From: an uncultured Bacilli bacterium
GTDB lineage: Bacteria; Bacillota_I; Bacilli_A; RF39; UBA660
DNA: 64,000 nt
NCBI GenBank assembly: GCA_934153675.1
Contig: CAKPFG010000002.1
Location: forward strand, 32,692 to 96,691
Direction of reading: 5' to 3'
Shown here: positions 36,498-46,203 of the stretch, piece after piece
Layout: each line of letters begins with the position of its first letter
Numbering within the stretch: the first letter of the stretch is position 1
Program-made: the position numbers and the translations under genes
The notes under the pieces: generated by a model
The model's database searches: none
Seen by the model: only the letters and a program-made list of their open reading frames with translations
Told to the model about the DNA's origin: nothing

Positions 36498-37401
36498 TGT
36501 TTAATGATACTACTTTAGCTGCTGATAGCACATCATTCTTTAATTCATCTGATTCAGGATGTTTAACTAATTGGGCTAGAAAATAAACCATGTCATATAT
36601 TCCTAATCTTTCATATAAATTTGGAGTATTAATCAATTCCGGATAAAAATGACTAACATATGACATTATATTCAAATACTGACTAACATCTGTATAATCT
36701 TCTGTTTCTTCACTAGCAAATTTCCATGGTTTCCTTATCATTCTATAAAATATATCCAATTCAAAATCTCTTGGTGCATACATTGATCTTTCAAAATCGA
36801 TTATTTTTATTTTTCCATTGTCTACAAATATATTATCAAAGTGAAGATCATTATGTACTAATACAAATTCATCAGATTCAAGATACTTATCAAAATCAGA
36901 ATATGCTTGTTCTAATAATTTTTGTTCCTCCTCATTGAAAATATTTAATTTTTTTTCTTTTGCATATAAGGGATTAAATTCTTTTTTCATATATTCAGAC
37001 CAGTTATATCTCTCACCTCTAATGCTATGCATTTTTTTCATGGCATCACATAATTGTCTTATTATATCCTCTCTTTGTTCTTCTGTATAAGTATGCCAAA
37101 CATTATATAACGAAACTCCATTTACTTTTTCAAGAATTTCATAAAAATAAGGAACATCTACCTTATCTGTATTTGAATAGTATAACTTAGGTATTAAACT
37201 ATTATCTTTATTGGAATTGTAAAATGCAATTTCTTTTTTAAATTCTTCTTCATTATCAACATCAGTGCATACTTTGACTATGTAAGAATCATTTACCCTG
37301 TATAAAGTATTTGTAAATCCAACATTTATTTTTTCAACTCTTGGATTTGTTCCAAATAATAATTCATTGTTTTTTATTATTAAATTTATAATTTTATCCA
37401 T
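36478..37401 (-). CDS. Phosphotransferase-family (APH/choline-kinase-like) kinase
   Basis: LVHNDLHFDNIFV ... IIDFERS catalytic (Brenner) and metal-binding motifs; RBS aaggaagtga before MDKIIN. Confidence 0.7.
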   Translation of the reverse strand: MDKIINLIIKNNELLFGTNPRVEKINVGFTNTLYRVNDSYIVKVCTDVDNEEEFKKEIAFYNSNKDNSLIPKLYYSNTDKVDVPYFYEILEKVNGVSLYNVWHTYTEEQREDIIRQLCDAMKKMHSIRGERYNWSEYMKKEFNPLYAKEKKLNIFNEEEQKLLEQAYSDFDKYLESDEFVLVHNDLHFDNIFVDNGKIKIIDFERSMYAPRDFELDIFYRMIRKPWKFASEETEDYTDVSQYLNIMSYVSHFYPELINTPNLYERLGIYDMVYFLAQLVKHPESDELKNDVLSAAKVVSLNNDKKLL

Positions 37402-37465
37402 AATTATCACTTCCTTTTTAATTATATCATACACACCTCATTTTAAGGCTAATCGGGGCAAAAAA

Positions 37466-37486
37466 ACGTATCTAAAACGTATCTAA
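37466..37486. repeat. Tandem motif copy D (acgtatctaaaacgtatctaa), just upstream of -35 of APH operon promoter
   Basis: Direct sequence. Confidence 0.85.
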
Positions 37487-37568
37487 GCGCCTTTTTTGAG
37501 GTAAAATTGCCTAAAAATTGTAAGTAGCAAAAAGCTCGCAAGCCCTTTATTTATAAGGCTTTACGAGC

Positions 37569-37616
37569 TTATTTTCCGCAACACTGTTTATACTTGCGTC
37601 CACTGCCACATGTTCA
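37569..37616 (-). repeat. Fossil secA 3'-end copy D (TCGSGRKYKQCCGK, preceded by stop)
   Basis: Match to secA tail. Confidence 0.8.
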
Positions 37617-37829
37617 TCCTTTTCTAGTATTATTTGTACTATTTTTACTATGTGTTTTCTTCTCAATGAACACAAAATGCACACAATGTATCCATTCGTT
37701 CTCAAGATTAATTAATTTGAGTATATAAATAATATATACTGCTGACTAAATTATACTATAAAAAATAGTTAATTGAATAATTTAATCAATTAACTATTTT
37801 TTATAGTATAATATTAGTGGTGAGCTATT

Positions 37830-38531
37830 ATGTTAAACTTTTCAAAGAAATATATTGTTGTTATCATATTGAGCATAATTATTTTTCTTACATTATATTT
37901 TTGTTGGATATTTTTGTTAAAAAAAGAATATAACTACAAAAATGGAGAAATTGGAATTTATCAATATAATGATAAAATAAAAGTATCTGAGTTGGATTCT
38001 TTCTTTTTGGATTCTTTAATTGTAAATAATAATTATTTATCTTTTTATGATGATGCAATTATTCAAATAAATAAAAATGATTTTCGTAAGCGAGTTATTG
38101 GAGAAGTATCAGTATTTGCTAAATATGATACTATAGAAAATTTAGTTCAATTTTTAAAGGAAAATGGAGTAGAAATTCAATCTAATCTAATATTAGAAAA
38201 TCGAAGGATAATTATATATAGTAATGAGAAAACAGTGTGTATTTTATTTTTTGAATCTGAAAATAAGGTTAGATTAAATTTTAGAACAGAATTACCTTAT
38301 GAAATATCTAATATGTACACTAGTGATGATGAATTTGAAAACTATTATTTAAAAATAAATGAAAAAACTCACTCATCAATAAAAGAACAATTAAAATATA
38401 ATTTTATAAAGATAGCCATTGTAATAGTTTGCTTTAATTTGATTTGTTTGATATTTCTTACATTAAAAAAATTAATAATAATAAAGTGTAAAAAAAGCTC
38501 AGTTTCAAAACTAAATTCCACTTCTACTTAA
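37830..38531 (+). CDS. Hypothetical membrane protein (N- and C-terminal TM helices)
   Basis: 233-aa ORF, plus strand. Confidence 0.5.
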   Translation: MLNFSKKYIVVIILSIIIFLTLYFCWIFLLKKEYNYKNGEIGIYQYNDKIKVSELDSFFLDSLIVNNNYLSFYDDAIIQINKNDFRKRVIGEVSVFAKYDTIENLVQFLKENGVEIQSNLILENRRIIIYSNEKTVCILFFESENKVRLNFRTELPYEISNMYTSDDEFENYYLKINEKTHSSIKEQLKYNFIKIAIVIVCFNLICLIFLTLKKLIIIKCKKSSVSKLNSTST

Positions 38532-38668
38532 ATTAGGGTGGAATTTAGTTTTACAGCACAGCAGTTATTTAAAAAATTTCACTTTGTCCGTTGACTGTCC
38601 TAAAAAAATGTCCTAACATGGTATTATAGAGAAATTGTAGAGAGAAATAAATAGACATAATTTCGTGT

Positions 38669-38941
38669 CTATTTTTTTTGTTTATAAAGAAAGGGGATGA
38701 GAGCTAATTTTAAAATATTTTTAAGTATTACCAATTTATGACATGTATTAAGAAAAAATCTTTTACCTGTATTCATATATTCATTAAATGATTTCATCCC
38801 AGCAACATAAGCATCCTGTTTTGTCTTGAAACCTGATTTGTTAATAAATTTTCTAACTCCCCTTTGTGGAGCTATTTCAAATCTATATTGATATAAATTC
38901 CCTCCTTTTGTTACATTCACTTTTCCCATAACTTCCTCCAC
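38669..38941 (-). pseudogene. Tyrosine integrase N-terminal arm-binding domain fragment (truncated after about 63 aa), adjacent to secA 3' end
   Basis: GNLYQYRFEIAPQRGVRKFINKSGFKTKQDAYVAGMKSFNEYMNTG then unrelated tail. Confidence 0.7.
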
Positions 38942-39163
38942 TAAATTTCTTTAGAGAACGAAAAAATCAGCACGAATGCTGATTATTGTGAATTTGTGTT
39001 CATTGAAAAATTCCTTGTTTTATAAGGTTTAAATCAATTGTGTGCATTAATTTTTTATTTTACGCACACAAATTGCACACAAGTGTGCGTTTTGAGCTGT
39101 TTTTTGTCTATCTTTTTGACTTTTTTTACTGCTGTATTACTGCACAACCCCTTATAAATCAAC

Positions 39164-41653
39164 TTATTTACCACAACATTGTTTATATTTTTTCCCTGAG
39201 CCGCAAGGGCAAAGTTCATTACGTCCTATTTTATTTACCCTTTTTGGAGTATTTTTCTTAACAGTATTTTTATCCTCATTTGTATTAATTTTATCAGATA
39301 CTTGTTTTCTCTCTATGTTTTGTCTTACTTCAGCTTTTAATAAATATGTTGTTATCTGGGCATCTATTTTAATAAGTAATTTTTCAAATAACTGATATCC
39401 TTCATTTTTATATTCTCTTAGAGGATCATTTTGAGCGTAACCTCTTAAATATATACCTTCTCTTAAATGAGACATAGTATTAATATGTTCCATCCAGTAT
39501 GTATCAATAACCCTTAGTGATATTGCTTTTTCAAACTCATCTTTAATCTCTTCTGGTACTTTATTTAATTTTTCCTCATACTCTAATTTTAATTTATTAT
39601 AAATGTAGTCAGACATATCATCAATATTCATGTTAAATACTTCATCAATAGATATTTTATCTTTTAATACATCATTTATTGCTTCTAACATTTCTGATAC
39701 ATCATTTCTATTTACATTTTCCATACTGATATGTGCATCTATAGAATCGTCAATATAATTATGAATAGAATTTAATATTTCATCATGAATGGAATTATTA
39801 TCTAAAATGCTATTTCTTTTTTTATAAATAATTGTTCGTTGTTCATTCAAAACATTATCATATTCCAATAATGTTTTTCTAGTATCAAAGTTATTACCCT
39901 CAACTCTCTTTTGGGCAGATTCTAATGAATTTGATAACATTTTATTTCTAATTGACATATCATCATTAAAACCTATTCTTTGTAACATAACTTTGGCTCT
40001 ATCGGTACCAAATCTTACCATTAAGTCATCTTCAAATGATACACAAAATTGACTAAAGCCTGGATCTCCTTGACGCCCTGAACGTCCTCTTAACTGATTA
40101 TCAATACGCCTTGATTCATGTCTTTCAGTACCTATAACACACAATCCACCCAATGCTCTTGTTTCTTCTGTCAACTTAATATCAGTTCCACGACCGGCCA
40201 TATTTGTAGCAATTGTTACAGCACCTTTTTGTCCTGCATTTGCAATTATTTCTGCCTCACGGGCATTATTTTTAGCATTCAATACCTCATGGGGAATATG
40301 TTCACGTTTTAATTTGTCACTTAAAAGTTCACTTGTTTCTACTGCTACAGTACCTACTAAAATTGGTTGACCCTTAGAATATCTTTCTTTAATCTCATTA
40401 ATAATGGCTTTATATTTACCTTCTTTCGTTGCAAATAATAAATCTCCATAGTCTTTTCTAATTATTGGTTTATTTGTTGGTATTGTAATAACATACATAT
40501 TATATATTTCTCTAAATTCTTCTTCTTCTGTTTTAGCAGTACCTGTCATTCCCGATAATTTTTTATACATTCTAAACAAATTTTGAAAAGTAATAGTTGC
40601 TAAGGTTTTAGTTTCTTCATTAATAGTAACACCTTCCTTAGCTTCAATAGCTTGGTGTAATCCATCTGAAAAACTGCGCCCTTGCATCAATCTACCAGTA
40701 AATTGATCTACTATAACAATTTTATCATCACTTACGACATAATCTACATCCTTTTTCATTCCAAAATTAGCTTTTAATGCTTGATTGATAAAATGAACTA
40801 ATGTAGTATTTTCAATATCATATAAGTTTTCTAATTTAAAATGCTTTTCAGCTTTTTTTATACCCTCATCATCTAATGATACAGCCTTCGTTTTTTCATC
40901 ATATATATAACCATTATTTTCTTTTAATGACTTAGCAAATTTATCTGCCTGTATATATAAATTAGCAGATTTCATAGCGCCACCCGAAATAATTAATGGA
41001 GTTCTAGCCTCATCTATCAATACTGAATCTACTTCATCTATAATAGCAAAATTAAGTGGTCTTTGAACTCTATCATCCTTTTTGATTACCATATTATCTC
41101 TAAGATAATCAAAACCTATTTCATTATTGGTTGAATATAAAATATCACAATTATAAGCCTCTCTTTTTTCAGCAGAACTTAAATTTCTATAATTTACACC
41201 AACTGTAAGACCTAAATATTTATATATTTCTCCCATCCATTCTGCATCACGACCAGCTAAGTATTCATTAACGGTAATAATGTGAACACCATTACCAGTT
41301 AAAGCATTCAAATAAGCAGGCAAAGTTGATGTTAATGTCTTTCCCTCTCCAGTTTTCATTTCTGCAATATTACCATAATGAATTGCAAGTCCACCAACCA
41401 ACTGAACAAAGAATGGTTTTTCTTTTAAAACTCTATATGCAGCTTCTCTAACTGTTGCAAATGCTTCAATCTTAATATCTTCTAATGTTTCACCATTTTT
41501 TAATCTTTCCTTAAATTCAGCTGTTTTATTTTTTAGTTGCGAATCAGTTAAATTGGAATATTCTTCATCTAATAATTCAACTTTTTCAGCAATCTTTTTA
41601 AATTTTTCTAGTTCTTTATATTCATGATCAAATATACGTTTTAAAAATTTCAT
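39164..41653 (-). CDS. secA: Preprotein translocase subunit SecA (with C-terminal SEC-C zinc-binding tail)
   Basis: 829 aa; DEAD-like motor, C-terminal CPCGSGKKYKQCCGK. Confidence 0.97.
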   Translation of the reverse strand: MKFLKRIFDHEYKELEKFKKIAEKVELLDEEYSNLTDSQLKNKTAEFKERLKNGETLEDIKIEAFATVREAAYRVLKEKPFFVQLVGGLAIHYGNIAEMKTGEGKTLTSTLPAYLNALTGNGVHIITVNEYLAGRDAEWMGEIYKYLGLTVGVNYRNLSSAEKREAYNCDILYSTNNEIGFDYLRDNMVIKKDDRVQRPLNFAIIDEVDSVLIDEARTPLIISGGAMKSANLYIQADKFAKSLKENNGYIYDEKTKAVSLDDEGIKKAEKHFKLENLYDIENTTLVHFINQALKANFGMKKDVDYVVSDDKIVIVDQFTGRLMQGRSFSDGLHQAIEAKEGVTINEETKTLATITFQNLFRMYKKLSGMTGTAKTEEEEFREIYNMYVITIPTNKPIIRKDYGDLLFATKEGKYKAIINEIKERYSKGQPILVGTVAVETSELLSDKLKREHIPHEVLNAKNNAREAEIIANAGQKGAVTIATNMAGRGTDIKLTEETRALGGLCVIGTERHESRRIDNQLRGRSGRQGDPGFSQFCVSFEDDLMVRFGTDRAKVMLQRIGFNDDMSIRNKMLSNSLESAQKRVEGNNFDTRKTLLEYDNVLNEQRTIIYKKRNSILDNNSIHDEILNSIHNYIDDSIDAHISMENVNRNDVSEMLEAINDVLKDKISIDEVFNMNIDDMSDYIYNKLKLEYEEKLNKVPEEIKDEFEKAISLRVIDTYWMEHINTMSHLREGIYLRGYAQNDPLREYKNEGYQLFEKLLIKIDAQITTYLLKAEVRQNIERKQVSDKINTNEDKNTVKKNTPKRVNKIGRNELCPCGSGKKYKQCCGK

Positions 41654-41736
41654 ATATCTATCTCCTTTACATATATTATTCTAGCAGAAAAAAATAAAAA
41701 TTCATAGTAATTTTCAAAAAAAAGACTTGTTATAGT

Positions 41737-42264
41737 CTATTTTGTTTCTAATAATCCATAATTTCCATCTTTTCTTTTATATATAACATTAATACTTCCA
41801 TCTTCAGTTTTATAAACAAAGAAATCATGATCTAATAATTCCATTTGTAGTAAAGCTTCCTCTTCATTCATTGGTTTCATATCAATTGTTTTTCTTTTAA
41901 CAATATTTAAATCATTTTCATTTAATTCTTCTTCTGGAATATTAAAATCCTTTATTGACTCTTTAGAAATTTTCTTGCGAATTTTAGTTTTATTCTTTCT
42001 TATTTGTCTTTCAATTTTATCAGTTACTAAATCAATTGAAGCATATAAATCTTTATTTTCTTCCTCACCTCTTAATATTAATCCATGAGTATTTATTGTA
42101 ACTTCAACGCTCTGCAATTTCCCATTTATTTTCAATAATACATTAGCAGAAATATTATCTGGATTTGAAAAATATTTGTTAAGTCTTCCTAACTTTTCTT
42201 CAATATAAGCCTTAATGGCATCAGTTACTTCTAACTTTTTTCCTCTAATATTAAATTGCATATT
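41737..42264 (-). CDS. hpf: Ribosome hibernation promoting factor (long form)
   Basis: MQFNIRGKKLEVTDAIKAYIEEKL...; start taken at internal Met. Confidence 0.85.
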   Translation of the reverse strand, partial: NMQFNIRGKKLEVTDAIKAYIEEKLGRLNKYFSNPDNISANVLLKINGKLQSVEVTINTHGLILRGEEENKDLYASIDLVTDKIERQIRKNKTKIRKKISKESIKDFNIPEEELNENDLNIVKRKTIDMKPMNEEEALLQMELLDHDFFVYKTEDGSINVIYKRKDGNYGLLETK

Positions 42265-42407
42265 ATAACCATCCTCTCTACTATAATTATAGCATTCTAA
42301 ATTATTTAGTTCAAGTCTTTTAACAAACAGAATTACTTTTTTCAATTTATTATCACAAAAAAAATGACCTTTAAGTCATTTCAAAAGATAATGGCACCCT
42401 TACTTAA

Positions 42408-42626
42408 TTAAACAAGTGCGTCTTTAAGTTCAATAACATTTTTAGCTTGCAAACCTTTGTCAGTTCTAACAAGATCAAATTTAACATATTGTCCTTCAAC
42501 AAGTGTTTTATAACCTTCTGACAAAATAGCTGAATAGTGAACAAAAATATCTTCTTGATCATTATACTCAATAAAGCCGAAACCTTTATCATTGTTGAAC
42601 CATTTTACTTTACCAGTAATCATCAC
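42408..42626 (-). CDS. cspA: Cold-shock protein
   Basis: [15 protein letters not shown] ... VHYSAI. Confidence 0.9.
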   Translation of the reverse strand: MMITGKVKWFNNDKGFGFIEYNDQEDIFVHYSAILSEGYKTLVEGQYVKFDLVRTDKGLQAKNVIELKDALV

Positions 42627-42926
42627 ACATCTCCCTTCTAGTAATCTCTTACAATATCAGTATAACATAAAATATTAAACTGATAGTAAGTTTTCAATCA
42701 ACAAATTTTGACATCTTTTAACTGAAAACAAATAAATTATACACTATTCATATGTTTTTTGCACTATGTTTTGCATAAAACAGATATAATTAAGTTTTAA
42801 ATGTTAAAAATTATAACTTTTTCTATTAATTTATATACTTAATACATATTATTTCTAATTTAATAATTTTTTTATTGATTTGTTTTGCATTTTTAATTAT
42901 AATGCAAGCAAATAGGAGTAAGTAGT

Positions 42927-43532
42927 ATGCAAAAAATTATTATAAATCATTGGATGAATTTAATAACAAAATATAATTCATATGATGACATCAAATTAGA
43001 ACAAATCAAATATGGATTAACTGGTTTATATATGACTATATCTAAAGCTATAATAATATTTATAATTTCATTGTTATTAAATGTTGTTAAAGAGTCAATT
43101 ATATTACTCTTATGCTTTAATGCAATAAGAGTAACATCATTTGGTATCCATGCAAAAAAAAGTTGGATATGTCTAGTTACATCAATTATTTTATTTATTG
43201 GAATACCATTAATAATTAAAAATATATATTTAAATTTTACACTAAAATTAATAATAGGCTGTATCAATATTATATTTATCTATAAATATAGTCCAGCTGA
43301 TACAAAAAAAAGACCTATTGTCAATAAAAAAAGAAGATATATATATAAATATATATCTACAATAACTGCAACAATATTTGTATTATTAAGTTTAATTATT
43401 AAAAATAATTACTTAATAAATAGTTTGATATTTTCTTTAATCATACAAAATATATTAATATCACCATTTACATATAAAATATGTAATGAGCCGTATAATA
43501 ATTATGTTAATTATATAAAAAATAAAATTTAG
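42927..43532 (+). CDS. agrB: Accessory gene regulator B (AgrD-processing membrane peptidase)
   Basis: 201 aa polytopic; RVTSFGIHAKKSWICLVTS with conserved His/Cys. Confidence 0.75.
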   Translation: MQKIIINHWMNLITKYNSYDDIKLEQIKYGLTGLYMTISKAIIIFIISLLLNVVKESIILLLCFNAIRVTSFGIHAKKSWICLVTSIILFIGIPLIIKNIYLNFTLKLIIGCINIIFIYKYSPADTKKRPIVNKKRRYIYKYISTITATIFVLLSLIIKNNYLINSLIFSLIIQNILISPFTYKICNEPYNNYVNYIKNKI

Positions 43533-43581
43533 TATTTAATATTATTAAATTTTCGAGTATATAGAAGGAGGAGTAGTAATT

Positions 43582-43701
43582 ATGGGATTTTTAGCAAATT
43601 TATTAGCAACTATCGGTATTGGTAGTGCATCTACTGGAAGTCAAGCTTGTGTTTTATTCTTTGTTGACGAGCCTGAATGTCCAGAATCATTAATTAAATA
43701 A
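43582..43701 (+). CDS. agrD: Autoinducing peptide precursor AgrD (39 aa)
   Basis: RBS gaaggagg; MGFLANLLATIGIGSASTGSQACVLFFVDEPECPESLIK: amphipathic leader, Cys-containing core, acidic DEPE tail. Confidence 0.7.
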   Translation: MGFLANLLATIGIGSASTGSQACVLFFVDEPECPESLIK

Positions 43702-43713
43702 GTCTAACTTGAC

Positions 43714-45006
43714 TTATTTTTTTATTATTAATTTTTGTTTAAACATTTTATCTTTAATAGTTCTTTCATTTAACAGATCGGAATTTGCCTTTAATATTTT
43801 ATTTACTAATGATAATCCATAGCCATGCATTCCGTCTTTTGTAGTATAACCAAGCTTATCTATTTTATTTATATCAAATTCTTCTGTAAAATTATTTATA
43901 ATTTCTATAACTATATCATCCAACTTATAAATATTAACTATAATCATTTTATTATCACAATTTTCAACTGCCTCTATAGCATTATCAATAAATACTCCTA
44001 TTATTTGACAAATATCTAATATTGTTTTAGAGGAAATATTTTTAATTAATTTACTATTAATTTTTTTATCAACATATAACCTGTAACTTATATTTTTATT
44101 TTTCATTACAACCATTTTAGAATATAACAACCCTCTAAGTCCACCAGTAGGTATCAAAAGTGCTTGATTTAATATTTCCTTATTTTCACTTTGTTTATTT
44201 TGCATAATTTCATTAATATAACTGTGTACCTTTTTATTATTTGTCATACCCTTTATACAATTTAATTGATTTTTGTTTTCGTGATTAATTACCCTATATT
44301 CGTTGATAATATTTTCATATTCTTCAAGTTCATCTAATGTATTAATATATTTTATATAGATAATATTATATTTTCTTTCCTTCATTATCACTATTAGAAT
44401 AATAATTAAATATATAGTAATGATTAAAAAATTAACTATTAAAGTAAAGGCACTATTAGAATTATAATATGATATATAAAATAAAAAACTACTACAAATT
44501 ATTATTACACTAAAACTAATTATTATCTTATAAACCGATACGGTATCAATAAATTTTATCATTTTTTTATATATTAAACTAGGCATTCCAGTGAAACTAA
44601 TAATAGTCATAATAATACCGATAATTAAATTAGAAATAATTTGTCCTTGATACGATTCTATAAAAACTTGATTATCTAAATTTTGTAATAAGTTTATAAC
44701 TACTGCAAATATTCCATCAGAAAATATTACTATTAATTCCATTATAAATGTTAATACAATGCTGTTTTTTATATTCATTCTAAACAACATTGAAATAACT
44801 ATAAACATGATTATTATTGTCAAAATTACTTTATATAGGTTATTTATAAACATGTAATTTAAAGAAATCAACAAAACTAGTAAAAAGTATGATAAATATA
44901 AAGTAAAATTTTTTAAATTTAATTTTTTATTTATAATTTTATAACAACAAATAATTTCATAAGCATTTGTTATTGTACTAGATATCAATACATTAACAAG
45001 GCTCAC
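43714..45006 (-). CDS. agrC: AgrC-like (HPK10) sensor histidine kinase
   Basis: 6-7 N-terminal TM helices, H-box RVINHENKNQL, GHKL ATPase (GYGLSLV). Confidence 0.75.
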   Translation of the reverse strand: MSLVNVLISSTITNAYEIICCYKIINKKLNLKNFTLYLSYFLLVLLISLNYMFINNLYKVILTIIIMFIVISMLFRMNIKNSIVLTFIMELIVIFSDGIFAVVINLLQNLDNQVFIESYQGQIISNLIIGIIMTIISFTGMPSLIYKKMIKFIDTVSVYKIIISFSVIIICSSFLFYISYYNSNSAFTLIVNFLIITIYLIIILIVIMKERKYNIIYIKYINTLDELEEYENIINEYRVINHENKNQLNCIKGMTNNKKVHSYINEIMQNKQSENKEILNQALLIPTGGLRGLLYSKMVVMKNKNISYRLYVDKKINSKLIKNISSKTILDICQIIGVFIDNAIEAVENCDNKMIIVNIYKLDDIVIEIINNFTEEFDINKIDKLGYTTKDGMHGYGLSLVNKILKANSDLLNERTIKDKMFKQKLIIKK

Positions 45007-45713
45007 ATAATCACTTCTTTTCTATACTTATTTGATATTAAATCTATTTTATTTTGATTATCAAATAATATTAATTTATTTGCAAAATCTATCTTCACAG
45101 TTCTGTTTCTATTTATTATGCATGCTCTATGTGTTTGTACAAAATTATCATCTAATAATTCTTTAATAAAGTTTAATGATTTATTTAATCTAAATTCTTC
45201 TGTATCTGTTACAATAATGGTTTTTCTTTCATAACTATCTTTTGTTATATATATAATACTATCAATATTTATTGTGTATAATGAACAACCATCCTGTATT
45301 TTTAATATTCTATTTCGACTTACTTTTCTTATAATATTTTTAAGACATTTTTTTAATCTATTTTCGCAATTAACAAATTTATTAATAAAAGCGGTAAATG
45401 GTATATCTTCATTTAATACTTCTAATCCTAAGTCATTATGGCCAGTTAAAAATACAATTGCACTATCTACATCTTTTTTTCTAATTTCTCTTGCCACATC
45501 TATACCTGACCTAGACTTTGTTTCAATATCTAATATATAAATTTTAAATGGAATTTTTTTGTTTACTATATCCATAAATGAATCATCGTAGTCGTTAAAA
45601 ATATATTTCTCATACTTATAATCATGATTATCCATATAGTTGGTTACAACATTATAAACTTTTTGTAAATCTCTTTTATTATCATCACACATTATTACAT
45701 TAAACATAAACAC
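45003..45713 (-). CDS. agrA: LytTR-family response regulator (AgrA-like)
   Basis: REC domain + C-terminal LytTR DNA-binding domain. Confidence 0.75.
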   Translation of the reverse strand: MFMFNVIMCDDNKRDLQKVYNVVTNYMDNHDYKYEKYIFNDYDDSFMDIVNKKIPFKIYILDIETKSRSGIDVAREIRKKDVDSAIVFLTGHNDLGLEVLNEDIPFTAFINKFVNCENRLKKCLKNIIRKVSRNRILKIQDGCSLYTINIDSIIYITKDSYERKTIIVTDTEEFRLNKSLNFIKELLDDNFVQTHRACIINRNRTVKIDFANKLILFDNQNKIDLISNKYRKEVIM

Positions 45714-45829
45714 ACTCCCTCGTTAACTATGCGCTAAAAATTTATGATATAATACCACAATTTCAATTAATTTGCAATTAAAAATAGTATAAAAGCCAAA
45801 AGATAGACTATTAATGAAAAAGAAGATGC

Positions 45830-46186
45830 TTATTTAACATCTTCTTCTACTAATTCTAAAATTACCATTAATGCATCATCACCACGACGCTCTGTTAATT
45901 TTAATATTCTTGTATATCCACCGTTACGATTAGCATATTTTGGAGCTAATTCATCAAATACTTTTTTAACAACAACTGTGTCATTTTGCATAAAAGCTAA
46001 TGCTTTTCTTCTTGCTACTAAAGATCCATCTTTACCATAAGAAATCATTTTATCAACAAATTTTCGAACTTCTTTTGCCCTTGTTTCTGTTGTTTCAATT
46101 TTACCATTCATTAATAGATCTTTAGTTAAGTTAGCAAGCATACTTCTTCTATGCTTATTAGTACGTCCTAATTTTCTATAAGCCAT
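45830..46186 (-). CDS. rplQ: 50S ribosomal protein L17
   Basis: [20 protein letters not shown]. Confidence 0.95.
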   Translation of the reverse strand: MAYRKLGRTNKHRRSMLANLTKDLLMNGKIETTETRAKEVRKFVDKMISYGKDGSLVARRKALAFMQNDTVVVKKVFDELAPKYANRNGGYTRILKLTERRGDDALMVILELVEEDVK

Positions 46187-46203
46187 ACAAATCCTCCTAA
46201 CTA

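Larger units (their letters stand above)
26950..39163. mobile_element. Composite tract of decayed integrative elements inserted at the 3' end of secA (fossil att copies, integrase fragments, cargo cassettes)
   Basis: Four remnant copies of secA 3' coding end plus three integrase fragments; see findings. Confidence 0.6.

Noticed and set aside
27054-37616. The SEC-C-tail mini-ORFs (CGSGKKYKQCCGK) as independent small zinc-binding protein genes
   Set aside because: Only copy A has an ATG (20 aa); B lacks a start, C starts at a stop/Leu, D is preceded by a stop. They share nucleotide-level similarity with the true secA 3' end including flanking bases. They are better explained as fossil att/3'-end duplications.
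42404-43267. ORFs 42404-42592 (minus) and 42947-43267 (minus)
   Set aside because: Alternative frames overlapping cspA and agrB respectively; the csp and AgrB frames have clear family signatures.
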